Assembly: GCA_964650515.1 (NCBI GenBank)
Contig: CAZYUB010000013.1
Location: 1-63,421, forward strand
Length of the DNA stretch: 63,421 bases
Direction of reading: 5' to 3'
Source: an uncultured Planctomycetia bacterium
GTDB lineage: Bacteria > Omnitrophota > Gorgyraeia > Pluralincolimonadales > Pluralincolimonadaceae
Shown: one piece after another, positions 1 to 7,146 of the stretch
Layout of the letters: every line of letters starts with the position of its first letter
Numbering within the stretch: the stretch's first letter is position 1
The notes under the pieces: model-generated
What the model was told of the DNA's origin: nothing
What the model saw: only the letters and a program-made list of their open reading frames with translations
Databases searched by the model: none
Translations under genes and position numbers: made by a program

Positions 1-57
1 CTACGCCCTTCGGGCAAATTGCCTTCGGCAACTTGTTTTATCGCCGGCCCGTTATAC
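1..57 (+). repeat. attC site, 3' part only (divergent type)
   Basis: Hairpin modules GCCC-TTC-GGGC and TTGCC-TTC-GGCAA end in core GTTATAC (51-57); truncated by window edge. Confidence 0.6.
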
Positions 58-123
58 GCAATTGCGCCTAAAAACCGTGAAATAGGTTTGCGGGCGGGGA
101 AAGACAAAATGCAAACAAGCTCC

Positions 124-250
124 TCATAACAAGCCGCTCAATCTTGACGGGCAACTGCTGCGGTTCGATCGAAGTTTTTACTTGAAATCGGCGGTAAGTG
201 CTCTAAAAAGATTTAGTGCTGTTGCCCGCAAATTAGCGGCGGTGTTAGCC
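124..250 (+). repeat. attC site, long divergent type (127 bp)
   Basis: R'' TCATAAC 124-130; arms GCCGCT/AGCGGC and CGGGCAAC/GTTGCCCG; R' GTTAGCC 244-250. Confidence 0.85.
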
Positions 251-259
251 GGAGATAAA

Positions 260-775
260 ATGACTGATAAAAAGATCATGAAACTAGAACAAAGGCCACG
301 CTTTAAAGGTCGCTTCACATTTGAGATCAAAAGTGACGGCACTGTTGACGTTAATTATGCAGGTCCTGCTTTCCGCCAGCAATTAACGCTATCTTTAGCA
401 GGGATAGATCCTAATCCTGCTTATCAGCAGCATAAGGCAATAGATATGATCGTCGGAATGTGCATCTTTGCTATACCTGTTCTTGGTTTTCTTGTAGCGT
501 CAATAAAAGCGCAGCCTGGAACAAATGAATTTCCATGGTTTTTTGGGATGTTTTTGGTATTTTTGTTGCCTCTCGGCTTATGCTGGTATGGATTCATAAA
601 GAAGAGTTTTGATATAGCCATCTTTACGGAATCATCTACCGGGAAGAGCCTTATCATTCATAAAAACTTACCAGATCCCGATACGTTTAATTTGTTCGTG
701 TCCAAACTGCAAGATGCCATTAATAAAAAGCATGGAAATATTAAAGGAAACGATAATATTGGTTTTAAGACATAG
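260..775 (+). CDS. Cassette hypothetical membrane protein (2 TM)
   Basis: GGAG RBS 251-254 before ATG 260; the track's 182 start lies inside attC; two hydrophobic helices. Confidence 0.8.
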   Translation: MTDKKIMKLEQRPRFKGRFTFEIKSDGTVDVNYAGPAFRQQLTLSLAGIDPNPAYQQHKAIDMIVGMCIFAIPVLGFLVASIKAQPGTNEFPWFFGMFLVFLLPLGLCWYGFIKKSFDIAIFTESSTGKSLIIHKNLPDPDTFNLFVSKLQDAINKKHGNIKGNDNIGFKT

Positions 776-776
776 C

Positions 777-839
777 GGCTAACATTTCACTCCAGCGGAG
801 GCTCGCTACGCTCGCACCCGCTGAGTTCAATCGTTAGAA
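777..839 (+). repeat. attC site (host-type backbone)
   Basis: GGCTAAC-ATTTCACTCCAGCGG...CCGCTGAGTTCAATC-GTTAGAA; ACTC(C)AGCGG/CCGCTGAGT with one extrahelical base. Confidence 0.95.
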
Positions 840-846
840 GGAGAAA

Positions 847-1176
847 ATGATAAATAAAACGATAATCTGCGTTATCTTGGTGGCAATAAGTTTAACTATT
901 AGTTTGGCTAACGTATCCGCAGAAGAAGCGATAAACAGAGATGAACCCTCCTTAGGGCTCGAAGAAGCATTAACTCTAGCTAAGGAATACATAAAAGACC
1001 ACAAAATTGATATATCAAAGCATTACCTCGATAATATAAGACTACTAAGCAAATCAAATTGGATGGAAGGAAAACACTGGATTCTGACTTGGCGCTTAAA
1101 AGGGCGTTACGTCGGAGGAGAAATATTTATCATAGTAGGAATGGATAAAAAAATAATAGACATCGGAGGATTATAG
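847..1176 (+). CDS. Cassette small secreted protein (possible PepSY-like fold)
   Basis: AGGAG RBS; signal peptide ending VSA-EE; alpha-beta pattern. Confidence 0.8.
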   Translation: MINKTIICVILVAISLTISLANVSAEEAINRDEPSLGLEEALTLAKEYIKDHKIDISKHYLDNIRLLSKSNWMEGKHWILTWRLKGRYVGGEIFIIVGMDKKIIDIGGL

Positions 1177-1179
1177 AAC

Positions 1180-1255
1180 TTCTAACATTTCACTCCAGCG
1201 GACTGTCCCGGCCGCCTGTTTATAGGGTGCCAGCCGCTGAGTTAAAACGTTAGGC
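1180..1255 (+). repeat. attC site
   Basis: TTCTAAC...GTTAGGC, shared backbone. Confidence 0.95.
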
Positions 1256-1270
1256 GAGGAGAAATATTAA

Positions 1271-1588
1271 ATGAAAAAGCTATCAATTAAATTGTCTGCA
1301 TACTTAATAATAACGATTCTTGCCGCGATTGCTTCAATCATATCGTTTTTCAAGGTTGGAAACTCAGGTCCATTTGATCCAGATAAAAATGCGGTCTATC
1401 GTTATTTATTCTTGTGGATATTATCATTTTCTTTAGGTATCGTTATATCGGTAAGAATAATAAGACTTGCAGCTGGGATGAAGTCCATGATCGGCAATAT
1501 TTGCTGGTCAGCGTACGGAGGGATAACAATATTATTTCACCTATTGTCACTATTTATTCTTTTAAGCTTTGGAGGGGGCGGGAGATGA
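1271..1588 (+). CDS. Cassette hypothetical membrane protein (3 TM)
   Basis: GAGGAG RBS; three hydrophobic segments. Confidence 0.8.
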   Translation: MKKLSIKLSAYLIITILAAIASIISFFKVGNSGPFDPDKNAVYRYLFLWILSFSLGIVISVRIIRLAAGMKSMIGNICWSAYGGITILFHLLSLFILLSFGGGGR

Positions 1589-1601
1589 AGATAATGAAGG
1601 C

Positions 1602-1676
1602 GCCTAACATTTCACTCCAGCGAACGGCGCTGGCCATCTGTTTTAATGTCGCCGCCGCTGAGTTCAATCGTTGGAA
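1602..1676 (+). repeat. attC site
   Basis: GCCTAAC...GTTGGAA, shared backbone. Confidence 0.95.
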
Positions 1677-1684
1677 ATAAAAAT

Positions 1685-2119
1685 ATGATCTATAATAAAT
1701 TTAAAATGTATAAGATTTTTGTGATAGCTGTTTTTGTTTTAACCACATTGTGTTCTTCAAGCATGTCAGCAGAACAAGTATCGTTTGATTCTCCCGTGAG
1801 ATGTGTTTTTCAATACGGTCAATATATGGATTCCCAAAAAGCTAAAACCGACACACAAAAAAATGAACTTGAGTGGGTTTTCTATGATCTCCTTGGCTCA
1901 AAACCGTATTTTTATGCAGGTGGTGATACCGGTTCGATAGAAGTACATAAACACACAACAAGTGATGGATTATCTGTTTGGCTTAAGCAAGGGAATGGCG
2001 CACATCTGTTCTCAATTTGGCCAGATGGAACAGCTTTTTGGAGTAAACATAATGACTTATTCAACAAGGCTACGCAACAGTTTCGTGGGACTTGCACAAA
2101 TATTAGGAAAGTAGAATAA
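1685..2119 (+). CDS. Cassette hypothetical secreted beta-rich protein (start 1685 or 1706)
   Basis: Signal peptide ending SMSA-EQ; the track's 1646 start lies within attC. Confidence 0.75.
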   Translation: MIYNKFKMYKIFVIAVFVLTTLCSSSMSAEQVSFDSPVRCVFQYGQYMDSQKAKTDTQKNELEWVFYDLLGSKPYFYAGGDTGSIEVHKHTTSDGLSVWLKQGNGAHLFSIWPDGTAFWSKHNDLFNKATQQFRGTCTNIRKVE

Positions 2120-2149
2120 TACGAATAGACTTATACAGATTAAATAATT

Positions 2150-2223
2150 TTCCAACAACTCAATCCAGCGGACGTTCATAGCGGCTTCGCCGCTATGCCC
2201 GCCGCTGATTTCGGGCGTTATGG
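2150..2223 (+). repeat. attC site, divergent type
   Basis: TTCCAAC-AACTCAATCCAGCGG...CCGCTGATTTCGGGC-GTTATGG; internal hairpin CATAGCGGC-TTC-GCCGCTATG. Confidence 0.93.
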
Positions 2224-2256
2224 GAAGATAATTTTTAATCCAGAAAGACATAATAT

Positions 2257-2745
2257 ATGCCTATAATTGTAATTATAGTCTTTTTAATTTTATTAATCAT
2301 TCCAATCGTCGTATCAGTTAGGTTTATCGGCTGTATCTTTTCTTCTGAATTACGCAGCAGGGTAAAAAAACACCCCATTATTCATGCGATATGGGCTATT
2401 ATTACCATCTTACTTATTGCAGGTATTTATGTTCCCTTTTTTGCGGGAGGAGTAAAACCGGTTCCAAAGAGTATATTATGCGCCAACAATTTAAAACAAA
2501 TTGGCCAAGCATGCGCATTTTATAGTGAAGAAAATAACGGCAAGTGGCCTAATCGATTATCGGACCTGGTTCCAACTTACTTAGATGATGAAAAAGTAAT
2601 AAAATGTCCAATTGTAAAGAATCAATATAATTATGTTCAGCCAAATTCAAGCTCGTCATCAAATACGGTTGTAATATATTGTGAACATCCTAAGCCAACT
2701 CATAGCGTTGTACTATATAAAGGTGGATATATAAGGATTAGGTGA
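2257..2745 (+). CDS. Cassette membrane-anchored pilin-like protein (DUF1559/PVC pseudopilin-like domain)
   Basis: AIITILLIAGIYVP followed by C-x-NNLKQIG-x-A-x3-Y-x5-G-x2-P; no G|F-x-x-x-E prepilin site. Confidence 0.65.
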   Translation: MPIIVIIVFLILLIIPIVVSVRFIGCIFSSELRSRVKKHPIIHAIWAIITILLIAGIYVPFFAGGVKPVPKSILCANNLKQIGQACAFYSEENNGKWPNRLSDLVPTYLDDEKVIKCPIVKNQYNYVQPNSSSSSNTVVIYCEHPKPTHSVVLYKGGYIRIR

Positions 2746-2760
2746 TGAAGAAATATAAAC

Positions 2761-2835
2761 CCATAACATTTCACTCCAGCGGACTGTCCCAGCATCCTGT
2801 TTTAAGGGGCCAGCCGCTGAGTTCAAACGTTAGCT
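2761..2835 (+). repeat. attC site
   Basis: CCATAAC...GTTAGCT, shared backbone. Confidence 0.95.
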
Positions 2836-2843
2836 GAAGGAAA

Positions 2844-3182
2844 ATGGATAAAATAACAAAAAATAGAACGACAATATTGATCTATGGTATTTTATCCGCC
2901 ATATTGTTTGTGCTTATCTTTATAAAGGAATCGGCGCCATCCGGGGATGTGCCAAAGGCATGGGTGCATGGTGTTACATATGTTTTGCCGTTAGCTTTAG
3001 GATCTATGATATTCGGTTGGATTGGTATTATAAGGCTTATAATATTAACTAAAAGTCTTGGTTTGAAACAAGTATTTAGAGATATAAAAACAATCATCTC
3101 AGGAATATTACTATTGCCAGCCGTATATTTGACTGTGCAAATGATCAGAATAATAGTTATTTCAATGAAACAGAGCAGCTAA
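2844..3182 (+). CDS. Cassette hypothetical membrane protein (3 TM)
   Basis: Three hydrophobic helices; TAA stop inside R''. Confidence 0.8.
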   Translation: MDKITKNRTTILIYGILSAILFVLIFIKESAPSGDVPKAWVHGVTYVLPLALGSMIFGWIGIIRLIILTKSLGLKQVFRDIKTIISGILLLPAVYLTVQMIRIIVISMKQSS

Positions 3183-3251
3183 CATCTTACTCCAGCGGAC
3201 TGTCCCAGCGTCCTGTTTTAAGGTGCCACCCGCTGAGTTCAATCGTTATGC
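3177..3251 (+). repeat. attC site
   Basis: AGCTAAC...GTTATGC, shared backbone. Confidence 0.95.
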
Positions 3252-3694
3252 ATAAAATAATAAAATATATAAAAAATCTTTATAATAATAACTCAAATAA
3301 GAAGTGCGTTATTCATCCAGATATAAGCGCACTGAACATATGCAATGGATGTAAGAAATACTACTGCAAAAATTGTTTGACTGAAGGCCTCAAATATTAT
3401 TATTGCGCCTCACGAGAATGCCGAAAATTATATCTTCAAGAATTAGATTATGCAAATAATCCAAGGTTTTGCCAGAAATGCATTTCAGAAACAACAGAAG
3501 AATCAGCAGGGAATATAGTTACTGTAAATGGCATTTTCGGAGAAAATCTATATGATGAAACGCATCGAGATTGCCCAATTTGCGGTGCCGTTACCTGTGA
3601 AAAAGTAGGCACATTTGGGCGGTACAAAGCTTCATATAAGGTAATATGGCTTAATGATGAAAGAACAAAATTTATATCAAGGAAAATAAAATAG
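3248..3694 (+). CDS. Cassette Cys-rich Zn-finger protein (B-box-like plus second Zn ribbon)
   Basis: C-x2-H-x7-C-x2-C-x4-C-x2-C-x9-C-x4-C, then CxxC...CxxC; ATG embedded in R'. Confidence 0.7.
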   Translation: MHKIIKYIKNLYNNNSNKKCVIHPDISALNICNGCKKYYCKNCLTEGLKYYYCASRECRKLYLQELDYANNPRFCQKCISETTEESAGNIVTVNGIFGENLYDETHRDCPICGAVTCEKVGTFGRYKASYKVIWLNDERTKFISRKIK

Positions 3695-3768
3695 CATAAC
3701 ATTTCACTCCAGCGGACCGCGCCAGGTATCTTTTAGCAGGGCTTGGCCGCTGAGTTCAATCGTTAGCA
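3694..3768 (+). repeat. attC site
   Basis: GCATAAC...GTTAGCA, shared backbone. Confidence 0.95.
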
Positions 3769-3780
3769 GGGGATAATAAT

Positions 3781-4041
3781 ATGACAGGATGCCCGCAAAG
3801 CAATAGGACATATGACAAAAAAGAAGATAAATGTGCGAATTGCGGGCATAGCGAATTCCCAGGGCCGGTCATATCAAGCAGCCCGATTAATGCTAATCCC
3901 GAAGATCAATTAGGATCATATAAATTCTTTGCAGCCTGGCGCAATATAGAAAAAACAAAATTGGGTAAGGCATTGTCAATTATTGCGATATTAGTAGCCA
4001 TTATAATCGCAATATTGATGGTTTTGGCACTGAAAAAGTAA
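3781..4041 (+). CDS. Cassette small Zn-ribbon-like protein with C-terminal TM anchor
   Basis: C...CANCGH at N-terminus; hydrophobic tail ALSIIAILVAIIIAILMVLAL. Confidence 0.7.
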   Translation: MTGCPQSNRTYDKKEDKCANCGHSEFPGPVISSSPINANPEDQLGSYKFFAAWRNIEKTKLGKALSIIAILVAIIIAILMVLALKK

Positions 4042-4048
4042 ATGGGAC

Positions 4049-4122
4049 TGCTAACATTTCACTTCAGCGGACCGCGCCAGCGTGTCTATAGGGGGCTCGG
4101 CCGCTGAGTTCAATCGTTAGCC
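4049..4122 (+). repeat. attC site
   Basis: TGCTAAC...GTTAGCC, shared backbone. Confidence 0.95.
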
Positions 4123-4142
4123 ATAATAAATAAAATAATATA

Positions 4143-4171
4143 TTGTATATACATTTGTAATATGATATAAT
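4143..4171 (+). promoter_or_regulatory. sigma70 promoter of BrnT/CopG cassette with palindromic operator TGTATATACA (4144-4153)
   Basis: TTGTAT-17-TATAAT with TG extension; ATG begins 7 nt after the -10. Confidence 0.8.
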
Positions 4172-4177
4172 CTATCC

Positions 4178-4435
4178 ATGAAAGAATCGCGCTGGGATCT
4201 TACTAAGAATGAACGATTAAAGAGGATAAGAGGAGTTTCTTTTGATGATTTAATAAATTCAAAGCTAGTATGCATTCTGGAACATCCGGTTAGGAAGAAC
4301 CAGAAATTAATGTTATTTGATTACAAAAAATATATCTGGGTAGTTCCGGTCATAGAAGAAGAGGATTATTACTTTTTAAAAACGCTATACCCAAGCAGAA
4401 AATACACAAAACAATTTAAAGGAGAAATAAAATGA
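4178..4435 (+). CDS. BrnT-like ribonuclease toxin
   Basis: W(D)xxKNExLKxxRGVSF...LKTLYPSRK signature; upstream of CopG-type antitoxin. Confidence 0.85.
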   Translation: MKESRWDLTKNERLKRIRGVSFDDLINSKLVCILEHPVRKNQKLMLFDYKKYIWVVPVIEEEDYYFLKTLYPSRKYTKQFKGEIK

Positions 4436-4680
4436 AAAAGATCAAATTAACCTCAGAAGAGAGAAAAATTGAAAAGGATTTGCTAGAAGGAGTCTATAAA
4501 CCGGTTTCAGAAAGCGATTTTCGCGCCATGTCGGAATCAATTGCTCGTAGAAGAAAAGATGCAGTATTGAATATTAGAGTCAATAGCAAAGACTTGGAAT
4601 ATATTAAACACAAAGCTAGAAAGCTCGGGATAAAATATCAAACATTTATTTCAGAAATTATTCACAAGGTGGCATTATAA
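4432..4680 (+). CDS. BrnA/CopG-family antitoxin (C-terminal RHH)
   Basis: KDAVLNIRVNSKDLxxIKxKAxxxGIKYQTFISEIIH; AGGAG RBS; overlaps toxin stop. Confidence 0.88.
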   Translation: MKKIKLTSEERKIEKDLLEGVYKPVSESDFRAMSESIARRRKDAVLNIRVNSKDLEYIKHKARKLGIKYQTFISEIIHKVAL

Positions 4681-4684
4681 AAAG

Positions 4685-4759
4685 GGCTAACATCTCACTC
4701 CAGCGGACTGTCCCAGCTCCCTGTTTTAATGGGCCAGCCGCTGAGTTCAATCGTTGGCC
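4685..4759 (+). repeat. attC site
   Basis: GGCTAAC...GTTGGCC, shared backbone. Confidence 0.95.
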
Positions 4760-4809
4760 GTAATAATATGAAAAATAGAATAACAACCGATATCCCTGCC
4801 TGATTCGTC

Positions 4810-4838
4810 TTGATAATTGAAAGATAACCTGATAAAAT
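4810..4838 (+). promoter_or_regulatory. Putative sigma70 promoter of R-M cassette
   Basis: TTGATA-17-TAAAAT with TG extension; ATG begins 7 nt after the -10. Confidence 0.65.
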
Positions 4839-4844
4839 GAAGCC

Positions 4845-5576
4845 ATGAACGAGAACGAAATCCTTAAAAAATTACCTAATCTCACCGAAAGAGCCGTTTC
4901 AAGTTATTGGCAAACGAGAACTTCTCAGCGCAAAAAACAAAAGAAATCAGGAAAGGCTGATCAAGGGCTTCGTAGCGCCGTCACTGGCGGCGCACAGATG
5001 GACGGTTTCATCAATATATTCACGGAATTAGCTTTGCATGCAGGTATCCCAAAAGACTGCATATTTCGAAAAAAAGCCGTTGAGCTTCCCGGGTTTTTTA
5101 GACCTACCAAAGAGTGGGATTTACTTATTGTATGCAAAAACACTCTTATCGCCGCAATCGAAGCTAAGTCGCAGGTTGGTCCTTCTTTTGGGAACAATTT
5201 CAATAACAGAACAGAAGAAGCAATAGGCAGCGCCCTGGATATTTGGACAGCCTTTCGAGAAAAAGCATATCTTGAAAGCCCGCAACCGTTTCTTGGCTAT
5301 TTTTTTATGCTAGAAGATTGCGAAGCGTCAAATCAACCCGTCAGCGTAAACGAACCCCACTTTAAAGTATTTCCTGAATTTATCGGTGCATCATATATGC
5401 GCCGTTATGAGCTATTTTGCCGTAAACTTGTTTTAGAGAGACATTATACAGCTTCTACTTTCATTACCTCATCGGCTATAAACGGTCTCAAAGGCTCTTA
5501 TAAAACACCGGCCGACGATCTATCAATGGAACGCTTTGCGAAGGTGTTGCTTTCTCACATAGCAACCTTCAGGTAA
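4845..5576 (+). CDS. Type II restriction endonuclease, XhoI/PaeR7I family
   Basis: LPGFFRPTKEWDL...IEAKSQVGPSFGNNFNNRTEEAIGSA family motif with PD-(D/E)xK core. Confidence 0.88.
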   Translation: MNENEILKKLPNLTERAVSSYWQTRTSQRKKQKKSGKADQGLRSAVTGGAQMDGFINIFTELALHAGIPKDCIFRKKAVELPGFFRPTKEWDLLIVCKNTLIAAIEAKSQVGPSFGNNFNNRTEEAIGSALDIWTAFREKAYLESPQPFLGYFFMLEDCEASNQPVSVNEPHFKVFPEFIGASYMRRYELFCRKLVLERHYTASTFITSSAINGLKGSYKTPADDLSMERFAKVLLSHIATFR

Positions 5577-5580
5577 AACT

Positions 5581-6531
5581 ATGCCTACAACGCACAGATT
5601 AATCAACGGAGATGCGCGAGACCTATCTTTCTTAGATGATGGATCGGTACATCTTGTTGTCACATCTCCACCCTACTGGAACCTAAAACGCTACAACGAA
5701 AGTCCAGACCAGATGGGGCATATTCAAGATTACGAGATATTTTTAAAAGAACTGGAAAAAGTATGGAAACAGGCATTTCGCGTTCTCGTGCCCGGTGGCC
5801 GATTAGTATGTGTGGTTGGAGACGTCTGCGTAGCTAGAAAAGATTATGGACGACATTTAGTATTTCCGCTTCATGCGGATATTTGCGTACTATGTCGAAA
5901 AATCGGTTTTGACAATCTAAACCCGATCATATGGCATAAAATATCCAACGCCTCATATGAAGTGAATAACGGCTCAAAGTTTTTAGGAAAACCATACGAA
6001 CCCAACGCTATCATAAAGAATGATATGGAGTTCATCCTTATGCAGCGCAAGCCGGGGGGATATAGAAAACCATCCTATGCTCAACGAAAAGCAAGCAAAA
6101 TTCCTAAAGATAAATTTAATCGTTGGTTTCAACAAATATGGAATATCCCTGGGGCATCAACTAAACATCACCCGGCTCCATTTCCATTAGAGCTGGCGGA
6201 TCGTCTAGTGCGCATGTTTTCATTTGTTGGTGACACAGTATTGGATCCGTTTTGCGGTTCTGGCACAACCATGGTTGCCGCATTAAAGTCGGGCCGAAAC
6301 AGCATAGGAATAGAAATCGATCCTGAATATTGTAAAATGGTCGCTCGAAATGTAAGGTCCGAATTAAGCAACCTTTTTTCAAGCGATACATTTATCTTCG
6401 AGAAAGACGCAAAAGAAAATAAAGTTCCCTACATAAAATGTGAAGATATTTATAATATTCGCCCACCTAAAAATAAATTAAAAGAGGCCAACATTTCACT
6501 CCAGCGGATCCGCCTTGCGGCGGACCGCTGA
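5581..6531 (+). CDS. DNA amino-methyltransferase, beta class (N4-C/N6-A)
   Basis: Motif IV TSPPY near N-terminus, HPAPFP, motif I VLDPFCGSGTT near C-terminus; last 15 codons lie inside attC. Confidence 0.92.
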   Translation: MPTTHRLINGDARDLSFLDDGSVHLVVTSPPYWNLKRYNESPDQMGHIQDYEIFLKELEKVWKQAFRVLVPGGRLVCVVGDVCVARKDYGRHLVFPLHADICVLCRKIGFDNLNPIIWHKISNASYEVNNGSKFLGKPYEPNAIIKNDMEFILMQRKPGGYRKPSYAQRKASKIPKDKFNRWFQQIWNIPGASTKHHPAPFPLELADRLVRMFSFVGDTVLDPFCGSGTTMVAALKSGRNSIGIEIDPEYCKMVARNVRSELSNLFSSDTFIFEKDAKENKVPYIKCEDIYNIRPPKNKLKEANISLQRIRLAADR

Positions 6532-6546
6532 GTTCAATCGTTCTCC
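6486..6546 (+). repeat. attC site (short, overlapped by MTase 3' end)
   Basis: GGCCAAC...GTTCTCC; internal CCGCC-TTGC-GGCGG hairpin. Confidence 0.93.
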
Positions 6547-6564
6547 GTAATTATAATATAATGC

Positions 6565-6593
6565 TTGACATAGTATACATTAATGTGTATACT
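6565..6593 (+). promoter_or_regulatory. sigma70 promoter of Phd/RelE cassette with operator AGTATACA-N6-TGTATACT (6572-6593)
   Basis: TTGACA-17-TATACT; perfect 8-bp inverted repeat covers spacer and -10. Confidence 0.85.
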
Positions 6594-6619
6594 TATCCTT
6601 GATAAAGGAGGACGTGCAA

Positions 6620-6892
6620 ATGACCCATACCATTACATTAAAAGCTTTACGCCCTGGATTACCTAAAGTAGCTAGCGCTATAGCATCGAGATACGACCGC
6701 TATATTGTTACAAAACGCGGCAACCCCGTCATGATGCTTATCAATCCGGAAGATTTTGAAGGACTTCTCGAAACAATAGAAATTCTTTCCGACAAAACTG
6801 CCTTAAGACGCATAAAAAAAGCAAGAAAAGAAGCGGAAGCCGGCAAGACCGTCACACTTGCAGAACTAAGGCGTCGGATCGAGCGTGTATAG
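6620..6892 (+). CDS. Phd/YefM-family antitoxin
   Basis: AAGGAGG RBS; IVTKRGNPVMMLINPEDFEGLLETIEILSD motif. Confidence 0.9.
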   Translation: MTHTITLKALRPGLPKVASAIASRYDRYIVTKRGNPVMMLINPEDFEGLLETIEILSDKTALRRIKKARKEAEAGKTVTLAELRRRIERV

Positions 6893-7145
6893 TTTGGAAT
6901 TTGGCAGGCAGGTCGGAAGAGATCTGAAAAAAGTATACCATTCCGACAAAGCGCTATATCAAAGATTTATCAACGCATTTGAAGATATGGCGAGATCTCC
7001 TGAACAGGGGAAGAGGCTTCACGGTAAGCTCTCAGGCTTGTATTCCCACAGAATGGGAAGCTATAGGATTATATACGAAGTTTATCACTCAAAGCTATTG
7101 GTTATCATTCTAGATTTGGGCCATCGTAAAGATGTCTATCGATAA
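6885..7145 (+). CDS. RelE/ParE-family toxin
   Basis: GKRLHGKLSGLYSHRMGSYRIIYEV...LGHRKDVYR; GTG start overlaps antitoxin. Confidence 0.9.
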   Translation: MYSLEFGRQVGRDLKKVYHSDKALYQRFINAFEDMARSPEQGKRLHGKLSGLYSHRMGSYRIIYEVYHSKLLVIILDLGHRKDVYR

Positions 7146-7146
7146 A

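Noticed and set aside
182-259. N-terminal extensions of cassette ORFs starting at 182 (also 1646) and ORF 1414-1680
   Set aside because: The starts lie inside attC sites or cross cassette boundaries; better starts exist within the cassettes.
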